Positions 29,451 through 39,319 of a DNA stretch of 64,000 nt are shown here, piece by piece (the stretch's first letter is position 1; every line of letters starts with the position of its first letter). Both the position numbers and the translations under genes were made by a program. The DNA is from Pseudomonadota bacterium (GTDB lineage Bacteria > Bdellovibrionota > Bdellovibrionia > Bdellovibrionales > Bdellovibrionaceae), in contig JBEGVH010000014.1 in assembly GCA_041178425.1 (NCBI GenBank), positions 1 through 64,000 on the forward strand, read 5' to 3'. The notes beneath the pieces were generated by a model. It did not search any database and was not told the origin of the DNA. It saw only the letters and a program-made list of their open reading frames with translations.

Positions 29451-29510
29451 AGCGCTTGACCGAGCTTTTACGGAAACACCGAAACGCTTCGGCAACTAGA
29501 AGCCCTCTAA

Positions 29511-30005
29511 TTAAGGCGCTAAGCTATTGAGCGCAGCCCGCAGCTGGAGGCGCGATTCGCGACGTTTTTGACCGGCTTGCCAACGGCGGTGGTCGTCGTT
29601 GGTTTCGAGGAGAAGACCTGGAATGAGGGTTGGCTTTCTGTCGTCCCCGAGTCCGACGAAGGTCAGATAGGCTGAGGCCGTGTGAAAGCATTGGCCCATT
29701 TTTGGGTTTTCGGCATCAACACGAACACCGACTTCCATCGAGGTTTTTGAAACGAAATTAACGGAGGCTTTAAGATTAACAATCCACCCTTTATAAACGG
29801 GGGCAATAAAACTGAGGGAATCTATGCTGGCGGTGACGACTTCTCGTCCTGAATGGCGTTGCGCACTGATGGCGGCTGCGATGTCGATCCACGACATGAT
29901 AACTCCCCCGAATACACTATCGAGGGAGTTAGTATGTTGCGGTAATACGAGCTGGGTCATGATCACTTGCGAGTTACGTACAGGTTTTGAGATCAAGTGA
30001 TGCAC
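29511..30005 (-). CDS. Acyl-CoA thioesterase (HotDog, YciA-like)
   Basis: VLPQHTN...VFGG..MSWID.AA, VVTASID, TSMEVGV. Confidence 0.92.
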   Translation of the reverse strand: MHHLISKPVRNSQVIMTQLVLPQHTNSLDSVFGGVIMSWIDIAAAISAQRHSGREVVTASIDSLSFIAPVYKGWIVNLKASVNFVSKTSMEVGVRVDAENPKMGQCFHTASAYLTFVGLGDDRKPTLIPGLLLETNDDHRRWQAGQKRRESRLQLRAALNSLAP

Positions 30006-30040
30006 AACCCAACCTTTCTAATACCTTTAAGAACTATGGA

Positions 30041-30421
30041 TTAAAATCCACCCATGGCACCAATGTCTGAGTTGCCACGTCCAGCGATAATAGAGCCACT
30101 AACAGTCGCGCTACCTGCAGGAATAGTTTGAGTCAAGCTAGCAGCTTGAATAGCTGGAGCCTGAGCGGTTTCCATCGCTGGAGTCTCAGTGCGAGTTTCG
30201 TTTTCAACGAAACCAACATGAGGAAGACACCAAACGATAAGTTGAGCTCTAGACTTAACGTTCATCTTTTTATAGATGTTTGTTAAGTGGAACTTAACTG
30301 TCTTCTCTGTTACAAACAATTGATTTGCAACTTCCTTGTTAGACAAACCTTTAGAAACCAGTTCTGCAACTTCGGCTTCTCTGTTTGACAGACCCTTTTG
30401 AATTAGGACATCCCTGAGCAT
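30041..30421 (-). CDS. Stand-alone LuxR/GerE-type HTH regulator
   Basis: LSNREAEVAELVSKGLSNKEVANQLFVTEKTVKFHLTNIYKK; GGAG RBS. Confidence 0.92.
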   Translation of the reverse strand: MLRDVLIQKGLSNREAEVAELVSKGLSNKEVANQLFVTEKTVKFHLTNIYKKMNVKSRAQLIVWCLPHVGFVENETRTETPAMETAQAPAIQAASLTQTIPAGSATVSGSIIAGRGNSDIGAMGGF

Positions 30422-30682
30422 CCTTGCTCCCTCCCCTAATATTGTTTACTTGTTCTACATTTTTCGACACTTTGATTGCTATTGATTTTAGAGAATAGCG
30501 ACCACCTGTTTTTAAGTCTTACAGCTTTTCCTCGAGGTCGCAACAGATTCAATTTATGTTTTTTAAAACTAGACCGGATTTTTAGAGGGTTTTAGGCGAT
30601 TTCATTACCCTTCAATGGTCTTGAAACAACCCTTTTTATAACCGTCTCCGCACACAAAATCAGTTTAGATCCCTAAATAAAT

Positions 30683-30710
30683 TCAAGTTTTACAAATCAA
30701 AACCCGACAA
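30683..30710 (+). promoter_or_regulatory. Sigma-28 (FliA)-like promoter of cheY-cheX
   Basis: TCAAGTTT-N12-CCCGACAA upstream of chemotaxis genes. Confidence 0.5.
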
Positions 30711-30751
30711 GAATTGTGGCGAACTAAGTTCTTAAAAAAAGGGGTTATTTT

Positions 30752-31168
30752 ATGTTTCCAAAAGAATCTCGATTCATCATCATCGATGACTTTGCTACCA
30801 TGCGAAAAATAATTAAAAAAGTCCTCGTTGAACTCGGATATACCAACATCGATGAAGCTGATGATGGCGCCAAGGCCCTTCCTATGATTGAGCTTGCCGT
30901 AACGACCGGGAATCCCTACGCTTGCATCATTTCTGATTGGAATATGCCAGTGATGCAGGGAATTGATCTGTTGAAGAATTGTAAAGCCAACGAAAAACTA
31001 AAAGCCACGCCTTTTGTTCTGGTCACCGCCGAGGGCGAACAAAAACAAATTATCGAAGCGGCTAAAGCAGGGGTTTCTGACTATATTGTTAAGCCTTTCA
31101 ACGCTTTGACTCTCAAAGAAAAACTGCAAAAGGTCTATATAAGGCATCACGGAAACGCAGCAGCCTAA
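30752..31168 (+). CDS. cheY: CheY-like single-domain response regulator
   Basis: IIDDFATMRKII, SDWNMP, VTAE, YIVKPF. Confidence 0.85.
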   Translation: MFPKESRFIIIDDFATMRKIIKKVLVELGYTNIDEADDGAKALPMIELAVTTGNPYACIISDWNMPVMQGIDLLKNCKANEKLKATPFVLVTAEGEQKQIIEAAKAGVSDYIVKPFNALTLKEKLQKVYIRHHGNAAA

Positions 31169-31184
31169 CGAGATCTGAATAATA

Positions 31185-31685
31185 ATGGGAGCCGCCCCAA
31201 AACCTCATAGCACTCTTTTTTTTGATAAGAATTTTATTAATTCTTTCGTTGAAAGCGTGATTAACACCCTGGGAAATATGGCACAGACCACTGCCAAACC
31301 AGGTCGGCCAACTATTGCTAAAAAAACTGAATTTCAGTGCGACATTTTAGGGATCATAGATATTCACTCTGGCGCCATGCATGGAACGCTCTACCTCTGT
31401 TTTCCTCGCCAAACGGTATTCAAAATTATTGAAGCCATGATCGATGAGATCCACACCGAGATGAATGAACACGTGGTAGACGCTGTTGGTGAAATGACTA
31501 ATATGATCTATGGCCAAGCGAAAATCCGTCTAAATGACAGGGGTTTTGAGTTTGAAATGGCAATACCTAAAGTCGCACTCCCGCCCTATCCTCCGATTTC
31601 GCCCAACGGGATAACAGCCCTTCAACTTCCCTTTTCAACTCAAGATGATCTCACCTTTTATTTAGAAATCGTGGTAAAGACCTAA
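31185..31685 (+). CDS. cheX: Chemotaxis phosphatase CheX
   Basis: FINSFVES, DAVGEMTNMIYG (ExxN motif), adjacent to cheY. Confidence 0.88.
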   Translation: MGAAPKPHSTLFFDKNFINSFVESVINTLGNMAQTTAKPGRPTIAKKTEFQCDILGIIDIHSGAMHGTLYLCFPRQTVFKIIEAMIDEIHTEMNEHVVDAVGEMTNMIYGQAKIRLNDRGFEFEMAIPKVALPPYPPISPNGITALQLPFSTQDDLTFYLEIVVKT

Positions 31686-32415
31686 CTCTCAATTTTGGGT
31701 TGCCACCAATGACCTTATAGCTGTCGGTTTCTTTTAAAAAATTATTTTGCTTTTGTCCTAACCAACGAACTGGAGCATCAGCGATCTTCAACCAACTTTT
31801 TGAATTGGGGCGATGAAAAGAACTAGATACCGTACGCCCAAGGGCGAGCGACTCAATAACCCATGGGTACTCCATCTCGGCATTTGCATTTACTCTGCGA
31901 CTTCCCACGACAGTCTGAAATCCAAACTTAAGAAAGTCCTCAATATGTGAAGAACCGTAACAAGAGAGATTATAAAGTAACCCTAGTTTAGAAGTGCTTT
32001 TCTGACCAAGCGTATTAATGAGAGCTTCTCGGAACAACCTTGCCCACTCACTCACTTTGATCGTGCCATCGAAAAATGTCAGCCCACCAGGAGAACCATG
32101 CACCGCCAAAACCATATCTATGGCCTCGACCTGATGGTTGCCGATGAGTTCAATAAGCTTATTATTGATACTCGCGATATTCGCACCCGCATTGCGAAGT
32201 AAGAACATTTTTTCATAAACCTTGGTTGTTGCCAACGACTGGCTAGGAATTTTCCAGGTCAAGGCCTCTAGCGGAACATAGATCGATGCTAGCTCTGGAA
32301 GGCCTTGATGATCTAACTCACTCACAACCAAAAGCACTCGACTCTTAGCATGAGCTGAAAAACTGCAAAATAAAATCAGAAAGAGGGCAAAAACCCGCGT
32401 TTTTAGGTTCTTCAT
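31651..32415 (-). CDS. Secreted hypothetical protein, possible caspase-like (clan CD) peptidase fold
   Basis: Signal peptide ending AHA; MVLAVHGSP and LLYNLSCYG motifs. Confidence 0.55.
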   Translation of the reverse strand: MKNLKTRVFALFLILFCSFSAHAKSRVLLVVSELDHQGLPELASIYVPLEALTWKIPSQSLATTKVYEKMFLLRNAGANIASINNKLIELIGNHQVEAIDMVLAVHGSPGGLTFFDGTIKVSEWARLFREALINTLGQKSTSKLGLLYNLSCYGSSHIEDFLKFGFQTVVGSRRVNANAEMEYPWVIESLALGRTVSSSFHRPNSKSWLKIADAPVRWLGQKQNNFLKETDSYKVIGGNPKLRVRSLPRFLNKR

Positions 32416-34001
32416 TAATGACCTCCCACAATCGAAGAAAAATCTTCCATGACTCGGCCAACTCGCTCACTCAAAAAGTGACCCTGACGAAAAACATCCC
32501 AGGCACTCAGACGCAAATCGATGGAGTTTTGACTATGCAAGCCTTGAGTAGAATTTAAATCACCCTGCGCTTGAATAAGTTGCAATAAAAGTGACCTTCC
32601 CTCGCGAAATCTTTTTTCCTCTAAATCCAATCTTTGATTTTGATCTTTTAAAGCCAGCTTCAATTGACCTTGATAAACAGACAATCGACGGAGGTTCGAA
32701 CATTGAGCGACCCAAGCTGACTGGGCACTTCCTTTTTTTACAACTAACATTGAATTCGCTTTGAGTCGCGCAACTCTTGCCTCTAGAGCCTGAGCCTTTT
32801 CTTGAGAGGAGAAAAAGTTCCAATCGAGCTGAACTCCGTAGGTGGTCACAGGATACTCACCGCGCGCGACTTCCTTTTGTGCATCGGAGGCCGAGGAATT
32901 TCGTGATCCCCGCTTGATTGTGGCAAAGGCAGACACATCTGGCAGCAATCGACTTTTCGCGGCCAATTCCTGCGCTTCAGCCATGTCTCTCTCAATTGTG
33001 GCAAGTTGTATGTCGACACTTTCTGCTTCGACCCAACCACGCTCACAATGTTCGAGGGCCAACTCTGTTGGTTCATCGAGTTGAAGTGGCACTTGCAAAG
33101 GATCTATTTGTAACCATTCGGCGGGGAGTTCGAGCTGCGCTACAACCTCGTGCCAAATTTCACCCAACTTTTGTTGAGCCGCTATTTTTCTTTGTTCCGA
33201 CAAATTGAGTCCCACTTTAATTTGCAAAAAATCTGCCTGCTCAGTGTTGCCACGGCGAAATCGCTGTTCACTCACTCGGTAGAGTCGTAATTGCCGCTGA
33301 TAATCTTTGTCAGCCTGGCGAACCTGTTCTTGTGCCAACCATGCACCATAAAACGTTTTAAGAAGCCCAAAATACCAAACTTTTATAGCTTCTCTTGCTT
33401 GAATTTTTTGGCTTTCACTTTGCTTCTCAGCTTGAGTAAGACTGGCGCGAACGGCGCGTCCGAAACTATTTTTTAATAGATCTTGTTTAATCGATACAGA
33501 AACCTCTGGCATATACTCACTTCGATCTTTGAGAACACTATCGAAGGTTGGATTGCCCGTCGCTCCACCACCAAAATTCGTATTTAATTTCTTGTTGGTC
33601 CAATCAGCGGCAAAACTGGTTCCCGTTTGAAAGCTTTTATTAAATCCAAGGCTGGAGGCCTGCGAGATAACTTCTTCAGGAGAAAGAATCGTTTGAGGTT
33701 TACTCAAATCTCGTAACGATTGTTGTTTGGCCACTAAATGAAAATCAAGAAGCGCTTGCGAACGGAGCTTTGTTGCCTCGGGTAAAAACCACGATGCTGC
33801 CACAATCTTAAAGCTACTTGATTTGAGGGCATAACCAAGCACCACCTCAAAACTCACTTTTTGATCGGGCAACTCTTTTAAAAGAACTTCGAGCGGCTCT
33901 GCGGCGTTACTTTCGCGAGAAACACCTAGACATAGAAGAGAGACCAATACCACTCGTTTGAATTGTTTTTTAAAATAAGGAGTCTCTTCGTGTTGCTTCA
34001 T
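32415..34001 (-). CDS. TolC-family outer membrane protein
   Basis: Signal peptide; two OEP repeats (SIKQDLLKNSFG, RFRRG, LLPDVS, EEKRFREGRS). Confidence 0.8.
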   Translation of the reverse strand: MKQHEETPYFKKQFKRVVLVSLLCLGVSRESNAAEPLEVLLKELPDQKVSFEVVLGYALKSSSFKIVAASWFLPEATKLRSQALLDFHLVAKQQSLRDLSKPQTILSPEEVISQASSLGFNKSFQTGTSFAADWTNKKLNTNFGGGATGNPTFDSVLKDRSEYMPEVSVSIKQDLLKNSFGRAVRASLTQAEKQSESQKIQAREAIKVWYFGLLKTFYGAWLAQEQVRQADKDYQRQLRLYRVSEQRFRRGNTEQADFLQIKVGLNLSEQRKIAAQQKLGEIWHEVVAQLELPAEWLQIDPLQVPLQLDEPTELALEHCERGWVEAESVDIQLATIERDMAEAQELAAKSRLLPDVSAFATIKRGSRNSSASDAQKEVARGEYPVTTYGVQLDWNFFSSQEKAQALEARVARLKANSMLVVKKGSAQSAWVAQCSNLRRLSVYQGQLKLALKDQNQRLDLEEKRFREGRSLLLQLIQAQGDLNSTQGLHSQNSIDLRLSAWDVFRQGHFLSERVGRVMEDFSSIVGGH

Positions 34002-34048
34002 CTATTGAAATGATGAACAACTTTAAGACCTTCGTCTATCAAATTTGT

Positions 34049-35884
34049 TTACTTAACAAAACCCGCGCGATCGTTTAACTCTTCCCACCTCTTATACAAA
34101 GCATCAATTTTCTCTTGCTGACACCCAATTGCTTCCGTGGCCTCTGCTAATTTATCGTATTGAGTGGTAATTTGAGAATCTTGAAGCTTTGTCTGCAGTG
34201 CCTGAAGTTCGTCTTCGGCTTTCTGAATCGTATTCTCCATTGCGTCGAGTTCTAGCTGTTCTTTATAGGTTAATTTCTTTTTAGGGACAGATTTCTCGCT
34301 CTCAGATCTATTTTGCGCATTGATCGGAGTTCCCGGTTTTACCATCGCCGAAGGCTCTGCCAGATTCTTTCTCCAATCTTCCCACTGAAAATAATCCGCA
34401 AACCTATGAATTCCGCCCGAATTATCGAAAGCCAATAATTCGGTTGCCACTTGATCCATGAAATATCGATCGTGGGTTACCAAAATAATGGCTCCCGGGA
34501 ATTCATCTAAAGCTTCCTGTAAAGTATCTAGAGTATCCACATCCAGATCATTCGTGGGCTCATCAAGAACTAAAACCTGCTCGGTTTGCAACATCATTTT
34601 GGCCAGTAGTAATCGACTCTGCTCCCCACCCGATAAGCGCTCTACAGGAAGGTCCATTTGCTCGGCCCGAAAATGAAACCGAGAAAGATAAGATCGAGCA
34701 AATACCGGCTGACCGTGCAAATGAACGTAGTCTCCATCGGGGCAAAGATTTTTGAGAACACTGAGTTTAAGTTCAAGGCTTTCCTTCTTTTGTTCGAAAA
34801 AAGAAAATTTCACGCCATCAGTCAGTTTAACCGTGCCACTGTCAGGCTTCGTTTGCCCGAGCAAAGTTCGAATCAAGGTTGATTTACCGCACCCATTGGT
34901 ACCAATAATTCCGACTCGGGCCTTGGCGGGCAAAATAAAGTCAAAATCATGGAAAAGAGTCTTTTCGCCATATTGTTTGGTAATTTTTTGAGCTTCAATG
35001 AGCTTTTTGGGAGAGCGTCCCACGTTCCCAAAATCGAACTTGGCAATTCTATCGCGGCGGCGATCCTGTAAAAGAGCCACTTCATCCGCCAGATCATGAG
35101 CTCTTTCGATACGAGCTTTTTGCTTGGTTTGTCGAGCTTTGGCTCCTCGACGTAACCACGCTGTTTCTTGGCGCAAAACATTTTTGCGCGAATCTTCCAA
35201 GCGCGCTTGAGCAGAGAGGAGAGATTCTTTAACCGCTAAAAAGTCGGCATAAGAACCCTCAAATTTAATTAACCCTTCTGGGTTTTTACGATCAAGGTCA
35301 AAAATTCGATCACACGTGTTTTGCAAAAACAACCGATCATGGGTGATCATCAATACAGCCAGTTGATTTTGCCTCTCAAGCCACTCTTCAAGCCACAAAA
35401 TGCTTTCGATATCGAGATGGTTCGTCGGCTCATCAAGGAGCAAAAGATTAGGCCGCTTGGCCATTTCTCTGGCTAGCGCCACTTTTTTCTGCCAACCACC
35501 TGAAAGCTCAGAAACCTTATGATCATACTCGAAACCGGCCTCATTAAATCCAAATTTAGCAATGAGCTCCCAGGCTAAGGCAATATTATCGGGCTCATCG
35601 GGATCATCCGTGGCATTCAAAAGCGCATCGTAAATAGTTTCTGTTGAGTTAAAATGAGGGTTTTGCTCCAAATAACCAAGTCGCAATCCCTGAGAAGAAC
35701 TGATTTGGCCTTGGTCGGGGGCGACGATTTTCGCTATGATTTTAAGGAGTGTTGATTTTCCTGCTCCATTAGGTCCAATGAGAGCCACTCGCTGACCATC
35801 ATCGACGGAGAAACTAATTTTTGTAAAAAGAGTTTGCGCACCAAAGGACTTCGACAACTGAAAAGCTGAAACTAAAACAGCCAT
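34049..35884 (-). CDS. uup: ABC-F family ATPase (Uup-like)
   Basis: Two ABC cassettes (GPNGAGKST, LSGGW, LDEPTNHLD; GTNGCGKST, LSGGE, LDEPTNDLD), ARQTKQKAR linker, KLTYKEQLEL C-terminal domain. Confidence 0.88.
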   Translation of the reverse strand: MAVLVSAFQLSKSFGAQTLFTKISFSVDDGQRVALIGPNGAGKSTLLKIIAKIVAPDQGQISSSQGLRLGYLEQNPHFNSTETIYDALLNATDDPDEPDNIALAWELIAKFGFNEAGFEYDHKVSELSGGWQKKVALAREMAKRPNLLLLDEPTNHLDIESILWLEEWLERQNQLAVLMITHDRLFLQNTCDRIFDLDRKNPEGLIKFEGSYADFLAVKESLLSAQARLEDSRKNVLRQETAWLRRGAKARQTKQKARIERAHDLADEVALLQDRRRDRIAKFDFGNVGRSPKKLIEAQKITKQYGEKTLFHDFDFILPAKARVGIIGTNGCGKSTLIRTLLGQTKPDSGTVKLTDGVKFSFFEQKKESLELKLSVLKNLCPDGDYVHLHGQPVFARSYLSRFHFRAEQMDLPVERLSGGEQSRLLLAKMMLQTEQVLVLDEPTNDLDVDTLDTLQEALDEFPGAIILVTHDRYFMDQVATELLAFDNSGGIHRFADYFQWEDWRKNLAEPSAMVKPGTPINAQNRSESEKSVPKKKLTYKEQLELDAMENTIQKAEDELQALQTKLQDSQITTQYDKLAEATEAIGCQQEKIDALYKRWEELNDRAGFVK

Positions 35885-37735
35885 CTAAATCTCAACCTGA
35901 ATGCCCATTTCAATCACTTGATTGGGAGGAATTCGGAAGAAGGCCGTCGGTCGTTGAGCGTTCTTGGTCATCACTGCAAAAAGCTTTTCACGCCAGATCG
36001 CCATTCCAGGAAACTTCGACGCTATGATGGTTTCGCGCCCAAGAACAAAAGTAGACTCTTCAACATGAAGATCCATTCCCTCGGCACGACAAGCTTCAAA
36101 AATATGACGTATTTTTGGAGTCTCCATAAAACCGTAGCGTGCGATGACTCGGAAAAAATTTTGTCCGAGATCTTGAACATAGACTCGCTCTTCTCTTGGA
36201 ACGGAGGGAACTTCTTCGGCCACAATAGTGAGAACAATTACCCTCTCGTGAATAATTTTATTATGCTTTAAATTATGAAGTAGCGGTACAGGAACACCCC
36301 AAGAGTCTGATGACATGTAAATACCAGTTCCGGGAACTCGCAATGGATGACTATCTCTAATTTTTGCAAGAAAATCCTCCATTGGAATAGAACGTGTTTT
36401 GAGCGCCTCGGCCAAAATTTTTCGTCCTTTTTTCCAAGTGGTCATTAGAAGATAAACGAGGGCTCCAACCAAGAGTGGCACCCATCCTCCATGGAAAACT
36501 TTTAAAACATTCGGAACAAAGAACAATAAATCAACAACAAGAAATATCATAAAAAGAACAGCCGCTGCTAATTGCGACCAATTCCAAAGCCTCACCGCAA
36601 CGATCCATGCTAAAACCGTGGTAAATATCATTGTTGCTGTGACAGCCAATCCGTAAGCAGAGGCTAATCGGCTCGAGCTTCCAAACTCCAAGACCAACCA
36701 AATAACACCAGCAAAAAGCGCCCAGTTAACGGCTGGAATGTAGATCTGACCGATCTCCCGACTTGATGTGTGGATGATTTGCAATCGAGGCGAGAAACCG
36801 AGCTGTACGGCCTGTCGGGTGAGAGAGAAAACTCCCGAGATCAAAGCTTGCGACGCAATGACTGTCGCCAGCGTGGCAACGACAACTAGAAACCCAAGCG
36901 CCCAATCTGGGGCCATTAAAAAGAACGGATTACTAATAGCTTCTGGACTTCTTAGAAGTAAGGCTCCTTGCCCCAAATAATTCAAGGCAAGTCCTGGCAA
37001 CGCTACCGAAAACCAAGCTAAGCGAATGGGATCTTTACCAAAGTGACCCATATCGGCGTAGAGAGCTTCACCTCCCGTAACCACGAGAACAACACTACCA
37101 AGAATTAGAGTCCCACCCAAACCATGATTTACTAAAAACTTAACACCATAAATAGGATTAAACGCAGCCAAAATATCCGGATTTTGTACAATCGAACTAA
37201 CACCTAAAACACCAAGAATAAAAAACCAAATCAGCAAGGTCGGACCAAAAACAACGCCGATGCGATGAGTTCCCGCCGCTTGAAATGCAAACAGAAAGGA
37301 AAGTATCACGCAGGTGATAGGCACAACCATATTATGGAAGGCCGGCGTTAAAACTTCTAGTCCCTCCACGGCACTCAGAACTGAAATGGCCGGAGTGATG
37401 ATTCCGTCGCCATACAACAATGCCGCTCCGGCTACCCCAACGATCAGAGTAAAATTAAAAAACAACCCTTCTTTGGGTAAACTCTTTTGTGCAAGGGCCA
37501 TCAAAGAGAGAATCCCGCCTTCGCCACGGTTATCGGCTCGCATAACAACGAACATATATTTAACACAAATACTTAAAATGAGCGCCCAAAGAATCAGAGA
37601 CAGAACGCCAAAAATATTGTCTGGAGTAATGGCCATTCCGTGCTCATGAGAAAAACATTCACGAAGGGCATACAAGGGAGACGTTCCGATATCTCCAAAA
37701 ACAATTCCAAGTGCTCCGAGCGAAAGACCTAACAA
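35885..37735 (-). CDS. kup: Kup/HAK potassium transporter
   Basis: GIVFGDIGTSPLY, RADNRGEGG, GIITPAISVLSAVEG, GGEALYADMGHFG, GQIYIP, YGFME. True start may be ATC at 37777. Confidence 0.97.
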   Translation of the reverse strand: MLGLSLGALGIVFGDIGTSPLYALRECFSHEHGMAITPDNIFGVLSLILWALILSICVKYMFVVMRADNRGEGGILSLMALAQKSLPKEGLFFNFTLIVGVAGAALLYGDGIITPAISVLSAVEGLEVLTPAFHNMVVPITCVILSFLFAFQAAGTHRIGVVFGPTLLIWFFILGVLGVSSIVQNPDILAAFNPIYGVKFLVNHGLGGTLILGSVVLVVTGGEALYADMGHFGKDPIRLAWFSVALPGLALNYLGQGALLLRSPEAISNPFFLMAPDWALGFLVVVATLATVIASQALISGVFSLTRQAVQLGFSPRLQIIHTSSREIGQIYIPAVNWALFAGVIWLVLEFGSSSRLASAYGLAVTATMIFTTVLAWIVAVRLWNWSQLAAAVLFMIFLVVDLLFFVPNVLKVFHGGWVPLLVGALVYLLMTTWKKGRKILAEALKTRSIPMEDFLAKIRDSHPLRVPGTGIYMSSDSWGVPVPLLHNLKHNKIIHERVIVLTIVAEEVPSVPREERVYVQDLGQNFFRVIARYGFMETPKIRHIFEACRAEGMDLHVEESTFVLGRETIIASKFPGMAIWREKLFAVMTKNAQRPTAFFRIPPNQVIEMGIQVEI

Positions 37736-37969
37736 TCCCGCTTTACCATGATGGGATGAATCTGAACGGTGTTCGATGACGAGACTCCTTTTAAGAGTGT
37801 TTTGAATGAGTAATCAATCGGGCTCTCTATCAATAAGAGTATGGTATGACCCAGATCATGTTCTGTCATGATCATTAACGTTATGCATTAGCACGAGATT
37901 GCTCTTTCCCTCTCTTTAAAACACTTCTATGGTTCCGCCAAGGGAAAAGACAATTTCGGAGGGGGATCA

Positions 37970-39319
37970 ATGAAACTGTTTTCAATTCTAATTCCAGCTA
38001 TTTGCGGACTAATGCTCTTATCGCCACAATCTTATGCACAACCCGTCTTTGATGAGGAGTTTTCATGCACCTCGAGCCAAAAGGCCGAGCAATATGTACG
38101 GGATTTTAATATCAATGTTAGAAGCTTTGGCGGAATGGAATTATGTGATGCTAAAGTTGATACCAAAAAACTCTTTAACGACCTACTAATTGTTGAAGAA
38201 GGGCGATTCGCCCCCCAGGCTTCGCATGCTCTCATTGGCAATTTTGTTGATTCCAATCGCTATTATCCTTGGCTCAAAGCTCAAACCGAGGGAATGAACA
38301 GAGGAAACGACGTGCCTTGGGCCACTGCTTATAACAGCATGGGCTACTTCACCATGCAGGATGGATGGGCAGGACTCTCCACTCTTGGCCGAGTCGGTGT
38401 TGTTGTTCACGAAGCTCGCCACACAGAAGGATATCGACACATTCCTTGTAATTTTGGTCCTTACGCAGGCAGCAGTCTTCCTGGTTGCGATGGCCGTTTT
38501 CTTGAAGGAGGGTCCCATGGCGTTGAAATGGAATACTACGCTAGAGTGGTTGTTTATGGTGAAAACTTTCACCCTCTTTATAAAAAAATGGCACGCCTCA
38601 TGGCGCTCGGTCGCTCCAATTTTGTATTCAATCAAAAGGTCATCCAACCCCGTGAGGCTCTCTTTTTAATTCGTAAAGATGGCACCGAAGCTCGCCTCAT
38701 CGATGGTGGTCGTGGGTTTCGTAGAGAGGTTTCTGGATCGGGTTTTCTCAAACGAAGCAGCTACGGCCCAGTTTTATTCACTCCTGATCAGGCCTTTTCT
38801 TTAGATGCCTACGATTGGCTGGGTGATACTCGCCCCACCGCGGATGGATATTCTTACTTTAAACTCCTCACTCTTCCCAAGGGACAACCCTCGGGACAAC
38901 CACCAAAAGACCTTGAGGAGCTAGATATTGGAAACAAAAGACTTCTCGCAAGCATCGATTACCAAGATCGTTTTGGCTTTTATAACTTTTCCAAGGGAGC
39001 TTGGGGCAACTTTCGACCTATTCCAGGAAAGCCTCTTGGCATTAAAACCCAATATAAGGATAAACAGGGACTATTTATCGTTCTCGATAACTTCAAAATT
39101 ATTCAATCTCTCCCTGAACAAGATCGCTTAGTTGAGACTACGATGGTTTGGGACGCCAACGACGTCAGTTATATGATGGGCCCTAACCGCGAAGTCCTTC
39201 AACTGAAGGCTGATGGCACCGTTCGCACTTTGGATGGAAATCTTTGGATTCCAACCCAAGATGCCCTTTGGGGACAGGCCGTTAATATTCCGCTCTACAA
39301 TGGATTTGATGTTCGCTAA
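37970..39319 (+). CDS. Secreted hypothetical protein with HExxH zinc-binding motif
   Basis: GGAGGGG RBS, signal peptide ending SYA, VVVHEARHTEG. Confidence 0.7.
   Translation: MKLFSILIPAICGLMLLSPQSYAQPVFDEEFSCTSSQKAEQYVRDFNINVRSFGGMELCDAKVDTKKLFNDLLIVEEGRFAPQASHALIGNFVDSNRYYPWLKAQTEGMNRGNDVPWATAYNSMGYFTMQDGWAGLSTLGRVGVVVHEARHTEGYRHIPCNFGPYAGSSLPGCDGRFLEGGSHGVEMEYYARVVVYGENFHPLYKKMARLMALGRSNFVFNQKVIQPREALFLIRKDGTEARLIDGGRGFRREVSGSGFLKRSSYGPVLFTPDQAFSLDAYDWLGDTRPTADGYSYFKLLTLPKGQPSGQPPKDLEELDIGNKRLLASIDYQDRFGFYNFSKGAWGNFRPIPGKPLGIKTQYKDKQGLFIVLDNFKIIQSLPEQDRLVETTMVWDANDVSYMMGPNREVLQLKADGTVRTLDGNLWIPTQDALWGQAVNIPLYNGFDVR

Noticed and set aside
29317..29472. CRISPR array, tRNA or SRP RNA interpretation of the repeat region
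   Set aside because: Only two imperfect direct copies, no spacer series, no cas genes, no cloverleaf and no SRP domain IV motif.
37888..37903. Sigma-54-like TAGCACGAGATTGCT upstream of the HExxH gene
   Set aside because: Lacks the GG and the spacing is one base short.
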